Assembly: GCA_951406725.2 (NCBI GenBank)
Contig: OX597816.1
Span: forward strand, 115,816,001 to 115,880,000
Length of the DNA: 64,000 nt
Direction: 5' to 3'
DNA from: Octopus vulgaris
Lineage: Eukaryota
A program made the position numbers and the translations under genes. Below, piece by piece: positions 28,161 through 42,970 of the stretch. Each line of letters opens with the position of its first letter. Position 1 is the first letter of the stretch. A model generated the notes under the pieces. That model worked only from the letters and a program-made list of their open reading frames with translations. It made no database searches and was not told the origin of the DNA.

Positions 28161-28718
28161 ATAAGTACTCTCTCTGTGGTAGAGATTAACATTTTACTAT
28201 AATCGAATCAATTCCTTGTCCCTCTTGAGTTTTTCTTATAGATACACAGAATCTTCTGCAAGTTGTGTTATAATTTTCCTGATGGTCTTGTGCACCTACT
28301 GGTGAAAATCAGAATAGCAAGAGACTGACACTATCAAAATAAAATAACTTGTGTGTGTGTATGTGTGTGTGCGCGCACACAAGTATACACACACAAGCAT
28401 ACACATACATACATATATATGTATACATACATATAGAAAAACACATGCGCACACATATTTCAAATTATTAACTACTGTGAGTGGCAGGCTGATATATAAA
28501 TATATATATTCAATGTGTATCTCTAGTGTTTCTGCGTGACTATGTATATGTCTTCGAGGGAAAACAGATTTGGCATTCCTGAAAACAAAACACCAATGAC
28601 CTGTAAAGAATTCTGTAGTATATTTTATACACTTACAACTATTTTAAAGATATATTTAGAAATTTATGTCTAATATATATTTATATATATGTAACTTTCA
28701 TTTCGGCAAGTGATGTTA

Positions 28719-28860
28719 CTTGGCCTAGTGGACAGGGTTTTTTGGATCATGATCATAATTTTGTGTGTTCGGCTACTGACTCGGATGGCAAGTTGTACTT
28801 GAGCAGGGAACTTCAATTGATATTACTCCTGCTCACTTAGTTGAAAATGAGTACCAATCT
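28719..28860 (+). mobile_element. Old tRNA/CORE-like SINE remnant
   Basis: tggcctagtgg A-box, decayed B-box, gtacttgagcagggaactt and aaatgagtacc. Confidence 0.5.
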
Positions 28861-30006
28861 CCTCAATGCCAGTTGTACCATATTTACTATTTTGCTTCGT
28901 CGGGTATGAAGGGTCCGAGAGGTTGTCTATGTCTGTTCGCAACTACATAGATAGCTAAATCAATTAGAGGAAACATGATAATGTTACCAGTTTACGAGTG
29001 GTAGCTGGTTTACTGTATTGTAGTTTTATCATTTGTGTCAATAGCTGGACTGCAGCCATGCTAGGAAAGCGGTAAAGTAACAGTGCCATTACAGATTCAC
29101 ATGAAATACCCTGCAGTGAATTTTCTGGTTTTCTATTCTCTAAATTTAAAACCAAAAGTTCAACTGCAGTTTTCACGCTCTTTCGGTAGATAAGTAACGT
29201 ATCACTTAAGTACTCATGTTAGTTGCTTGTTTCTTCTTTCTCCTCTGAACTAGTAGAGGAATGGTACTATTCTAGCGTATTTAAGCAGAAGAAATCTACT
29301 TCTGTCGGAGAAGGAACTTTGGAAGAATCCTGGAAGCGTGTAACAATGGATCAACAAAGGCTCTAAGTAGACACTCTGTGTCATTGCATCTATACTTCAA
29401 ACGATATATATTGTTACACCAATTATAAAACACAACAAAAGATTTCGTAAACACTTGCAACATAGCTACACTTTGTCTCTCTTGGTAATAGCCTTCATTT
29501 TCATTCATTTATCTACATTTTTTTCTTGAAAAGCGTTCTGTAAAATCACTTTTACTTCGTTTTGTTACATTGTATATTTCTATATGTCTTTCTCACACAC
29601 TTTCGTTCATTCATTGTTTCTATCGCTCATCTCTGAAGAAATAAGACGTGAAGAGAATAAGAGAGAGACAAAAAGACTTATTTTTCAATTTTTGATGTTG
29701 TTATTAGAAGTTATATCAATAGAATATTAACATAACATCAACGGAAACTATAACTACATGTTTGTCATATACCAGAAACTATCTTCATTAAACGGTATGG
29801 CGTGGCAAACTATAGAAGCAGATTGCAATAATTTTGTATGTTATTATTCGTCAAAAAAAATGAGTCCAAAATGAACGACTGCTCCAATTAAAGGACGGCC
29901 TGATGAATGAAATAATATTTCCATTACTAGATACATTTCTACTCATGCCCACACGCACGTATACACACACGCACACATATATTGTATATATTTTACATAT
30001 ATACGT

Positions 30007-30045
<39 letters not shown>

Positions 30046-30090
30046 TTATATACATACATATATATGTGTGCATATATACATTTACATAAG

Positions 30091-30130
<40 letters not shown>

Positions 30131-30735
30131 ATACGCACACACACATACGTGGACATTTTTGCTACTACAAAACCAGAATGAATCTTGTGAGGAAATTTTC
30201 GTGTTGCATAATATATATCCTCATGATACACATATATCTGTATTAGGCATTTTCGTAATCTCCCAAGAGAAATTTACAGCATGATTCAAGATCTTCTAAA
30301 GGTGAGTGTGCGTTAATGACCCTGAAGCATTTGTAGGTTAGCAGATGAAAAAGGGAGATAATCACTTTTATCATGAAAGCAATTGGATGCGCAGAGGAAG
30401 ATTATGTGGTGATGAAAAGTTATACATAAATATATAAAGCTGGGCTACTTTACATCAGCACTCAACGTGATTGGTGTTGTACCATGCAATATGTACGTGC
30501 GTAAGTGTGTTGTTGGATATATGCATGTGTGTATATATATATTTTGTTGGTGTCTGTATTTGTATATATAATGCTAATTATTCAAGCTCTACGTAATATC
30601 CTTCAAGTGACAAAAGGAGGATCGAACACATCTATTGCGTACGTCCTCTCCCATTCGAAGAGCCTAATGTATATACCTACATGGATATATATATACATAT
30701 ACATATACATACACACACACACACAAACACACACA

Positions 30736-30773
<38 letters not shown>

Positions 30774-31902
30774 TAGACACACACATATATACATATATAT
30801 ATAAATATTTATATATACATAAATAAATATACATTTACATATATGCATATATATATATATATATATGCATATACACACATACGCGAGTGTGTGTGTGTGT
30901 ATGTGTGTGTGTGTGTGTGTGTTTGTGTATTGTACATGTGTGTAGGTTTGTTTAGTTTTAAACAAAGCAAAATATTAGTGTAGGAAACGCTCACGAAAAT
31001 ATTAACCTATGAGAAATCCGTGAAACTGGAACTCACGATTCCTCTTTGGTGCTTCGGGGAAATAACTATTATTCTGAACGCACTTTTATTCGCAAACATG
31101 CGCGCGCGAACACACACACAGATAGGTAGATATCGGTTTAGATGTAAGTGTCCGTGCGTGGGTGTATGTGTGTGTGTATTTATATTTACACGTACATACA
31201 TATAATGTGTATGTGTATGTGTCCTGCACCACCGCTTGAAAATCAATGTTGGCGTGTTTATGTCTCCGTCACGTGGCAGTTGGGCATATAGAGGTGATAT
31301 ATATATATATGTAAACAAAGAGGGAGAGAGAGAGAGAGAGCGGCAGACAGACAGAGACAGAGAATGGAGGTGGTGCTAAATATTTATTTAGTATCTGACG
31401 GGATTAGAAACTTTAGAGATGTAGGAGACAGAAAAGAGGTTGAATTCTATGAGCTTTGCTGGGTTTGATATAGTTTTCTGAGTTTAGTAGAGCAGAAACT
31501 GTTGTAGAATTGCCATCATGCAAGCACAGAAAAACCATTGCTAATCGCTGATGTAGTTGTTGTGGTAAATTACTGAGTGACAATTCTTCAGCTGTAGAAA
31601 AGAAACTCTTATCATTATCCCACATATTTGCACATATGTACAGACACATACTCAAATATCTACACTCAAACACACGTTTCACATACACACATTAGATTAT
31701 TAATTTTAAGTTGACATTTAGGCAATGTTTCAATTAGCAAGTTTGGTTGAATTTTCGAAGCTAGTTCATTAGAAAAGGCTCAGTTGCTCGTGGCGCAGGT
31801 GAATTGTAGAATTTGAAGCAAATAACTGTCTGTTTACCATCATTTACGAGTTTATATCTCTCCTCCTTTTGCAGACACTCTCTTCCTTCACTCTCTCTCT
31901 CA

Positions 31903-31947
<45 letters not shown>

Positions 31948-33780
31948 GCTCGCTCGCTCGCTCTTTCTCTCTCTGCTCATCTATATCTTCAAGTCTATTT
32001 GCTCTGACTTCATATACCCCTGTAGTGGATGCTTTTATGTCCTTTTGCTTCATGCTTTTCTTTCTGGTTGCTTTTTGGCTTAACGTAGACCAGTGCTCCG
32101 CTGCCTTTTGCACTTATATACTTTTCAAAATTCGGCGGTTCATCTGAACTGAAAATATAATTAAAAATACAGGGAAACAATTATATTCAGTTACACTGCG
32201 GCATACTTAGCATCGTCAGCATTATGATTAAATTCTTCCCGAAGTACTTTGCGTGAATCACTATGCGAGTTGGAAAAGCCACACATGTGTCTGACGCACT
32301 ACCGGACTTCGAAGTTCGTGTTACAGCTAAGTCTATTAAAATTAGGGAATATACCCTCAACTAAGTCAAAGTAGAATCTTTCTTCATGACCGCCAAGACA
32401 GTTTCTAACAACTAGTGCAAAGTCTACGCACAGCATTCAATGTTGTCAATTGAATCAATGGGATACGGATATTTTAAAGGCTCTCTCAACTGAGGACCAT
32501 CAAAAGTCTCCACCTTAAGTGTTTCTGTATAACTTATTGCATTCGTAATCAAAGCAGACACATGTTCAATAACTTTAACCTTTCTATTGAAAGAAACTGA
32601 TTTTACATGTCCTTGTTGCGACAGTGTACGATATATAAATAAAATAACACAATTTTTGTTATTGTATCAAATTAAATGATCCTTAATTAATTACAACTGA
32701 TTAGGAAAAAATTATCCCCTTTTGGGGGAGAACTCGCCAAATGTACGCAAGAATATGCTTTGTTTCTAAGGAACCAAAATTAAGATATAATATATGTACA
32801 AGAGGATGATGAATCAGTACACAAAGGAATCTGCTGTATCATCATTGTTAGAGCTGAAGGACAATATGATGAACCAGTACTCCAAAAATACTTAAGAAAA
32901 GTTGTAACTTCAAAAACACCAATACGTGTGATAACCAGTGTTAATGGAATCGACTATTTCTTAGTAATTCTTTAAAAAGGGCCAATGCCGCACAATAAAA
33001 AAAATGATAATGTGATAGGCAGCAATCAATGGCTGTATTGAATTCACTGCTTCAACAGAATTTGTTTATCAGTATCGTCAATATTTTAATGTTGTTTGAT
33101 TTTAGTTTCGCTCTTGTGTGTTTTAATAAAGACGGTATTGTTCAACATTATATTAAATACATTTAATGTTGGTGATTTTGTTTACCCAAGCCCGGCCCTG
33201 ACTGTGTATATCTATGACAAAAGGCATTCAGTTATAACTATACTTTTATTGTAGCTTCAATAGGTGATTTGGATTCTATTTCAAGTAGGTCGTAGAATCA
33301 CGCAGAGATCCACTCGTTAATTCACTAATGTTATTTGATACAAACTGCTGAAAGTGGTTTAATTTATGTGATGTAAATACATCACGTAATAGTACATATT
33401 TATAACAGCATGGGTTATAAGTGAGCCTATTTTAATAAGACTTATAATACTTTGTTTATGAGAAGACAAAAAATAAAATAGGTCACCCAAAGCGGTTAAA
33501 GAGGTATTAAAAAATTATAAATTGACATTTCTGGCGGAGCCCAAAAACAAAAGAATTTTCATTAATAAAATATATATAAAAGATTAAAAAAACAAAAATA
33601 TTACAATACTATATATTAATAAAACTTGCTTCTCAAGTGTTATGTAACGTATACATTAAACTTAGCACATAGTAAAATTTATAACATATGGTAAAAATTA
33701 CGAAGTTATTGCGCATGGTAATACATACATACATGCATACATACTTACATATAATACATACAAACAAAAAGACCTCCCTC

Positions 33781-33837
<57 letters not shown>

Positions 33838-34661
33838 CATACATACATACATTACATATTATAACAACATTACATATTATAACATACATATATATATATA
33901 TTTACATATATATATGATATATATGTTTACACATATGTGTGTGTGTGTGTGTTGTGTGTGCATGTTTGTATGCGTGTTATATGTACATACATAGACACAC
34001 ACACACACATATATATATATATATGTGTGTGTGTGTAGTATATATGCAGCTGTGTCCGCCTGTGCGACTGTATGTATACATAAATACAGGGATATATATA
34101 TATATATATACATTTACGGATAAATACGTTTTCTTCATATAAAATATACACCTACAACTTCGTGTACAGAAGAATAAGGGACCGCTCGGAATATATTCAA
34201 TCTACTTTGTGGAATACCATCAACAACTGTGCACCCAGTCTATCTACGCATACCGACAATGCTTATCAATTCCTAAGAGCAATATTTGCATTAAAAACGC
34301 ATTACCGGCGGCTATTTCGATTATTAAAAATTTAATGTCGCCAACACTGCTTGTGTAGAAAAATGTAAACCCGTTCTGCAAAACTTTCGCGGGTAAAAAA
34401 GATGGATTAACCATATTATTTTCAATCTTGTATTGTAGTTTCATTAGAAAACGAGTATCCACTTTAGCTGCTCACGGAAACACTGCTTATAAAACGGGCT
34501 ATTTCTAAAGGCATACGTAAATCGAAAAGGCCAAATTTTCAATTAAAGCACTTTCTAGACAGCTTGGTCATGTTTTGTTCTAATAGTTATTGTGTTTCTG
34601 AATATAGCAAAACAATTTAACACTATGAATTAGACATATGCAACCACTAGTTGTATTGATG

Positions 34662-34730
<69 letters not shown>

Positions 34731-35299
34731 CCTATCGTTCTCTCTATCTCTCTACACGCATGTGTGTGTGTGTGTGCGTATATGTGTAAATAGTTTTAGA
34801 TATATATATATACATGTATATATATATATATATATATACATAATGGTTTGCTCATAGAGCCACCAGAAACGAGGAAAATGATGGAGAATGTGAAATATAT
34901 GGGTCTGAGTGTTGGTGTATATGTGTGGTGTATATGTGCGTAAATGTATCTACGTACGTATGTTTGCAACTTTATATGTTTGTAAAAATGCACATGTGAT
35001 TCTTTCCTATTTTTCTTGTTAATTTTACTGGTGGTGAGAATGTTTCTGTCTTTCGATAATAATTCTCGTTGATTAAACGGCAGCATCAGCAAGCACAATA
35101 TACAATGTACCGGCAGTTTTGCTAGGAGTTTTTGTTTGAAGAGTCTTTTCGAAATAAAATATCTCTATAGTCATATAAAAACCCACAAACGTCGTAAATT
35201 GTTAAAAGAGTAAGATTATGAAATAAAAGTCACTAAATATCATCCATACTACGTAAAAGTTTCTGGAGTTATATTTTCCAACTTTATAAGTATATAAGA

Positions 35300-35475
35300 T
35301 ATTGGTTTCAAATTTTGCTACAAGGCCAACAATTTCGAGGCAGCGGTAAGTCAATTACATTGACACCAATGTTGAACTGGTACTTACTTTATAGACCCCT
35401 AAAGGATAAAAGGCAAAGTCGACCACGGCGGATTTGAACTCAGAACGTAAAGGAGGACGAAATGCAGCTAAGCTG
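35300..35475 (-). mobile_element. SINE family A copy, head-truncated
   Basis: attggtttcaaattttgctacaaggcc tail and aaggcaaagtcgaccacggcggatttgaactcagaacg core. Confidence 0.85.
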
Positions 35476-35904
35476 AATCGTATTTTCATACTTCATTTTT
35501 GCAAATGGAAATTTTTTTCCAATGCTTGACTCTGCATAACGATTGAATCAGATTGCTTCTGATCGGTTCTAAACGTTTTGTTTGTTATGTGTTTTCTTGT
35601 GTGTTTATATGGAGTAAATTTGTAGATTCTCCACAATATAAGTATCTCCATTATATCATTTTATTATGTGCAATCCTGTCGTCTGGATATTGGGTTTGCT
35701 TTGGTTTTGTGCTGAAAACAGGTTAAAGACATTATAAATACGATCGCAGTATCAAGGTTGATCATTTGTCAAAGCATAACCGGGATCTTTAAGTCTAGTT
35801 CATTGAAGCGTTTTGCATGTTTCACATATGAAGAAACTGTAGCTATGAGTGAGAGTGACTATGTTAATCAAATATTGTATATTTATTCCTTCTTTTACGT
35901 GCAG

Positions 35905-36026
35905 AATTTCTACGTAAAGATTCTTTGTCTAAATCTAATCTGGTACAACGCATGAACCCAGAAATAAAATACCACCTTACGACTACAGATCAGATCAATC
36001 TGCTGGAAGCACTGCGTAGACGTTAA
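35905..36026 (+). CDS. Candidate terminal coding exon of an unidentified gene
   Basis: Pyrimidine tract plus CAG acceptor, then 39 open codons (FLRKDSLSKSNLVQRMNPEIKYHLTTTDQINLLEALRRR*) and about 1.5 kb of repeat-poor UTR-like sequence. No homology recognised. Confidence 0.25.
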
Positions 36027-39000
36027 AATCAGTAAAAAAACAAAACTATTATCAGTGTGGATGAGAATAACAGTTCGAAATATTCCAATCTCACATATTT
36101 TACATTTTATTAACACTTTTGATTAATGCAGTGCAGCAGTATTGTGAGTTGTATATATTGATCATTGAACCGTCACCGATATTTTAAAGTTGCAAGTATC
36201 TATTTATATCTTTACTGAGTAACCATTTATTACATGGAAACACAAAACATAATATTTTGGTGGTAGATATCCATTTTATGTGAAGGGTAATATTTGTGAT
36301 TGTGTTTTAGCATTTCTTTCTTATTTTCACCGAGATTTCCAAAGCCCGTTTTTCATCATTAGCAGTTTTACTTCTCATATCAGGAATAATACAAAACAAA
36401 TACCTTTGACATACAAATGGTGACTTTAAGCTATTTTGCTTACATCCAGTTTGATATCAGCTTCTCAATGTTTTTCCACTTTCCACTATTTTAAATAGCA
36501 TGTATTAAACACTAGTTTGCGCTTTCATATACCCTTCGTACAGTTTTCATAACAAAGGTAGTGGCTTGAGACAGGCAGTATATTTATAAAGCTTCTTTCC
36601 TATTAAACTATCCGTGTACTCGTCACACATTTATGTGCTTATATATATAGAAATGTTCCTATCTTTCATGATGTTAATCATGTGATACGCTTTATTTTTT
36701 ACATTCAGCGTTTCACACCGCTAGCTAGACTGTCTTCAAGTAATCTGCAGGGTATTCATCTAACGCAAATATACCTTTGGATACCTTTTTAGTTTAGAAA
36801 TTATTTACGTTATACCAAACGATCACTCAAATTTTGCTGCATACATTTATTGTTTTATGTTTCATACATGAGAATGACTAAATTGTTATCTTCAGTCAGA
36901 GTGTCTGCCGATATAGCTATGAACAGATTGTTTGTCAGTTTATCTGAGTCTCGTAAGAGTAGTGTTTTTCATACATCCAAGAATAAATACAACGAAAGGA
37001 AAGCGTAGAAAATTTATTCTGTTTTGGAGAAGTGCAATACGGAAGTTGCATTCATGTAAAGATTACAGTACATTCAGAAGCCGCATATCTGAAACGCTGA
37101 TCGTTAGACTTCTTTTCATAGTATCTGATTCTACATATTAGCTTGATTCCCACACCCCTTTTTTGTCATATGAGAAGCATTCCATTTATTCCTTACTAAT
37201 ACAACTCATTTATACAGATTAAGTACTGCGAAGAAAAACATTATTATTCGTAGGAATACCCGCACCATTATTCTCGGAAATATTCAACCATGAATATATT
37301 ACTTATAATTTCGTAGTTAGAAAATCCTTATCAGAAGCGACTTACAAGCTCACCATTGTTGTTTTTCCTTCATTTAGACTATAGCTGAAACTTTAACTAG
37401 TTAGTCACAGAAGGAAAGGCAGCGCGGTTTACACTCATTTTAAAGGCTCCGAGTGTGGACTGCAACGGAAGAGATTATCCTCAACTCAGAAAACTGATCT
37501 GAATACTTGTAAACTGGCAAAAATCTACTAAAGTTATCAGGTACCCAAGGATTAAATGATGATGTTAAAGCGGACAATGGAGGAAGTAGTGAAGAATAGA
37601 ATTACGAACTACAACTGCGGCTACATATCTCATACGCATGTTTGTCTATAGAAATATGTACATACATATATGAAACATTCCAGGGAATCTTTCTTTGTGG
37701 TTCCTGGGTTGAACACATGTAAGCTAACACATATAGAGTATACTCGCAAAAAACAGATGCATGTACACACAAACAGCTATGACGCACATATGCATGCGTA
37801 CTAAATTGCCATGCACACCCACTACATGAGCGCTTGTACTCAAACACACACACACACATACATGTACACACTAACCCATTCACAGATCCACAAATTCCGA
37901 AAATTTTCCTGAATTAAACAAAACAGTCTTGTTGCTTTGTAAGCGAACGCCTTCACTTTCACAAGAGCCAAAACCACAAGTTCCCTAGAAAAAACATACA
38001 TACCTATATACATTCATCCATAGATGCATTCATACATATTGTCATACATATACTTGATTAGGCTGGTATAGTGGGCATAAACATTTACATAATGTTACAT
38101 AAGTTTAGACTAGAAAGCTGTTGTTTGAAATATCAAATGATACTTGATGCAATAAATTGGCGCACACATGGCAGTGTGATTAAGATGCTGGCTTCTCAAT
38201 TCCGTTATTTTCTTTTTAATCCTACAGCACAGTATTTGAGTAAGTATTTTCTACAATAAGTCAGGGTCTATCCTAGCGAGTAACATTGGGTGGACAGAAA
38301 TCGTGTGAAAGCTGGTCGGGTGGACTATACCTGTTTTTATATGATGAATCCGTTGCCCACCTGGCACTTGGATGTCTTTAGCGAAGACCGTTTAATTGCA
38401 AACTTTATGAGAAAAGGTCTGCAGTATCAACAGAATAAATAACTGAATGCTTCCTTTCTTGGCTACAGCTATCCCTACAATCATTAGTGGAAAGAAAACA
38501 GGTTATTATAATCATTCATGTAAGGATTATTCAAATAACGCATTGCTTTCTCTTGAATGTGAATATGGATACTATTGACTAAGATATAGATGGGAAACAG
38601 TGCTTTGATACAAAACGATAAAATAAAGATAGTAAAATAGATTTTGTTGTATATGAAGAAGATGATAACCATGAAGGATTACAGAATATACAAATATCGT
38701 GCTGATATATACTTCGACATTATATATTTTCAATATTATTATGTTTGAATCGTTCAAGCAAAAGTTGATCCTCCGACATTGTCCCCATAATAATTTGATC
38801 CGTTCGTAACAAACTTGATCTGGCGTATCAATTTCATCCTATTAAGTCAGCGCACATCTTGAGAACGAAACATTGATGAGATCAGGCAGTAGCAGCATTC
38901 GTACATCTTCTATGTATATACATGTGCCTATAACATAGATATCCAGAGGAGTGTGTGTAGGTGTATAAACATGCACATCCTAATGCGTAGACTTCCTCCC

Positions 39001-39676
39001 GCCCTCCCTCACTCTCTCTCACATACACATGCACATATATATTATATACATGTACTTACACAAATACAGACACATAGAGGCAAAAGCACACACACATATG
39101 TATACAGTGTGTGTATGGATATAAATTTATGTATGTATACATATTTACATACATAAATGCATGTATAAGTTCCAAGGGAACATAGAGAAATGTATACAAA
39201 CGCATTCGCACATATACTTGCACACACATACACATACATACAGGAACACCCGCACATACAAGATCTACTGATCCGTCTTCATCACAGTAGATTTATTCTC
39301 TCCGGATAATCCCTAACAGTTGATTTGTTTCTCGAGATAATCTTTTCATGTGCTTATTTACATACGGCACAGGTCATGTGGAATTGGTGGGAATGGGGAA
39401 GTGGGAGAGATAGCATGAGGGAGAGACAGGCTGGAGAGAGAGAGAGAGGGGTGAACAATGTTTCATTTATCTAAGATAAGTTCATCCCATATATATATAG
39501 TTCTATCAATCTATCGATCTACACACACACACACGCACGCACATATATATATATATGTATGTGTGTATGTATACACTCACACACGCACGCACATAGAAAA
39601 ATAGATAAATAGATATAGAAGAGATAATTATGAACGTATGTATATGAGTATACGTATATATTTGTATATGTATATA

Positions 39677-39747
<71 letters not shown>

Positions 39748-40245
39748 GCGTATAACGTATACATTCATATATGTGTTCATACATATGTTTGGTGTATATA
39801 CCTATATGCATATGTGTATATATACGTATATATGTGTGTGTATATACATGTATAAATATATATATGTATATATATATATACATATATACATACATATATA
39901 AGTACATTCATATATATGCACGCATATCTACATACATACAGCTTTTTGCTGGCTGTTTACCATTATTATACGGTCGTCATAAACGATAGAAAATATGACA
40001 ATGGAATAATAAATCGTGATGGTGGTGGTACTGGTGGTAGTAGTACAATAGCAATACTTTGTAGTGATGATAATGATGGTGATGTATACGTGGGGGGTTA
40101 GTCATGTTTATGTCAGTGTTGTTCCTTACTTGCGATAGGGTTCTGCCATGCCGGTGGTAGTGATGATGATGCCGCTAAAGCTGGTTGTGCAGTTAAGTAC
40201 GTGGATTGTAAGGTGACGCTAGTCGGGAATGCTGGCGGTGGTCGT

Positions 40246-40276
<31 letters not shown>

Positions 40277-41101
40277 GTAGTGATGGTGTTTGTGGTGGTG
40301 GTGGTGGTGGTGGTGGTGGTGGTGGTGGTCGTCGTCGTCGTCGTCGTGTTGCTGGTGCTGATGCTGGTGGCGGTAATTGCGTTTCTGCCGATGCTGGTGC
40401 TGCTATTAGAGTTGACGACAGATCGAGCAGTAGAAAGTAAGGTCAACATAAGAAATAAGAAGTTACTCGCCTCCCACACACACGTACACGAAAATACATA
40501 TCAGGATAGACGTTAAAGGACACTGTGACCACTCATTGTAACTGTGTGACGAAGTGTAATGTGGTCGGGTTGCCGATGATCTTGCAATGCAGTTGTTCTC
40601 AACGGGGTTCATATAAAATTTTTGATGGTGCGCACCAGCAAAATAGTAGATTAGGGATCTACAGTAATACTTTAAGGGTCCATAAAATGTTTTTATTCAA
40701 ACGTATGTATTTTATTATTTATATGTGCGAAGCAGCTAATTTCTTTGTTGAGTATTTTACGTAGTTGAACCAATACAAGTGAATGGGGGAATAGCAAAAC
40801 AGGAAGTTTGAAAGAAGTGTCAATAAAACTAGTTTTTAAACATCGAATGTCTATTGGGGCCCACCAGAATAAAATAGTAAACAAAGATATGCATAGATAA
40901 AACAAAAATGGTAGAGAACAATTATTGTAATAGTACAACGTCGATAAAAGTTGACCCAGGTCAGTTAAACGCTCTAATCTGTTATTAAGTGCTTATTCAA
41001 GATTTGTCTTCATAAAAACGGCTTATCAAATCACGTTAGTCTTTCAAGCCCTTTTCCTTTCATTATTTATCTTTATATTTCTTGTTGTTATTATCATTAT
41101 T

Positions 41102-42970
41102 GGTTTACTTCTCAGAACGCTCGCTCTTGTTTACTCTAGATTTTGTGAGAACGGACAGCAGCCTGCTGTCAGAGGTCCCACAGGGTCTCTTTCCGCACAT
41201 TATAAGCTTTTATACTTGGTTGTCAATTATCATGGGAGACATTCGGCATCCAAGTACCAATTGCAAAATTTTAGCTGTCCTCAGCAAAACAGTTTTTAGG
41301 GGCTTGCTCTTCTCTCATATCAATTCCGATTTCTCTGGCATATTTCTCGAAATTGGTTGTTAGTGCTCCGAGTGCCTCTACAACTACTAGAATGACACAC
41401 TCTCCTCATAGTACACATTCTTGCATTTTCGTCTCTTAGTAATCTGCACTTTTCAATCTTTTATAGTCCTGTGTCACTTATGCGTGCATCCACAGGTATT
41501 TCAATACCTATAATCTTGGTTTCTTTTTTTCCTTTATGTCACAGTGATATCTGGTTTATATCTCCTCTATATTTAGCCTGAACAGAGCACGGAAATAGTA
41601 CGAACATGAACCAGAAGGAGTCACCGAGAACAAGGAATATAAGATACTGTGGGATTTAACATTCCTTGTTCTCAGTGACTCCTTCGGGTTCATATTCGTA
41701 CCATTTCCGTGCTCTATTCTAGCTGTACTTTTCACATAGCCTCCAGTGTACGACTTAGCCACGTCATCGTGCCTCCTTTTGTAGTACATTTGGGCCAGCT
41801 TGCTACACTCGCTCACAATATGTGAGATTGTTTCGTTTTTGCTGCCACACATCCTAAAAAGAGGCGATTCGCTGCTCTTATGTATTTGAAACTTGGTGTA
41901 ATTAATTCTCAGAGCTTGTTCCTGGACGCTGCATATCAATGCCTCAGTGCGTCCTTTCAGATCACTTTTTCTTTGCCATCTCTAAGCGATAGTCTTGTCT
42001 TTTTTTTTTCGATTGCTCTCAGGTATTCCCCATGCAGTGATTTCATTTTCCAATTCTTTAGTCTTTCTTTTTTATCTTGTTTTATAAATGTTTGTGGGTA
42101 CATCACATTTTCAGCAAGTATTGTATTGTTAATTCCAACAGCGGTGAGCAAGGATACACTCTGCTGTTTGATGTACCATCCCAGACAGTTCTTCTCGTTG
42201 ACAGCACATACTTTACCTCCTATGAGACCACTTTCTCCCTTGTCCTAGGCACATACTGCTTGTCAGTATAGCTTTTGAGATGTCGTTCCTTGTTAATCGC
42301 CATCACCTTTCTGCTTTTGCTGTCCATTTCATCAAGCACGTTCTTTGTCCACTTAACGACACCTGCGCCATACCGCATTAAGCAAACATCCCATGTGTTC
42401 AGTACCCTGATCTTGTTTGTTTTAATTGAGCCTACTTCCCATAATTAATTTGCTTCTTCTGAGATATTCTCGCCTAAAGCTTTCCTTCATCTCACTTTCC
42501 TTAGTTTTGTCATATACCAAAATCTCCAGATTAGTGTCCAGATTCTTGATTTCCTCGCCGTTGGGTAGCTCTACACCATCAAACGATACTACTTTGCCTT
42601 TCTGTATAATAAGCATATAACACTTTTTAATCTCAATTTCAATTCCGATATCCTTACTGAATATCTGCACTGTTGAAACTAGGCCATTTATTTCACGTTC
42701 GGTCTTCCCAAATATCTTTAAATCATCCATATATAACAGGTGATTTAATTTTCCTCCACTTTTCAAGGTGTACCCCGATGTCACTTTCCTCAGTATCTGT
42801 GTGGGGGGTATCATACAAATCACAAACAACAAAGACTATCTCCTTGAAATATGTCTCTCGTGATGTTAACACTCGCCAAAAAGTTTCCACATGAACTTAA
42901 CTCTGTATTCCTGTTCATCATTGATCTCCTAATAAAATTTGATATATTATTAGAAACTTGTACCATTGTT
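41102..42970 (-). mobile_element. R4/Dong-clade LINE, 5'-truncated and decayed (RT, zinc knuckle, RLE, 3' UTR)
   Basis: KLNHLLYMDDLKIFGK, VQEQALRINY, RMCGSKNETISHIVSECSKLAQMYYKRRHDDVA and LKTVLLRTAKIL. Degenerate AAT/AAC tracts at both ends. Confidence 0.92.

Noticed and set aside
32785-32975. About 60 open codons with an internal 60 bp-spaced repeat (atgatgaa.cagtac)
   Set aside because: No start or splice context in frame and no recognisable homology.
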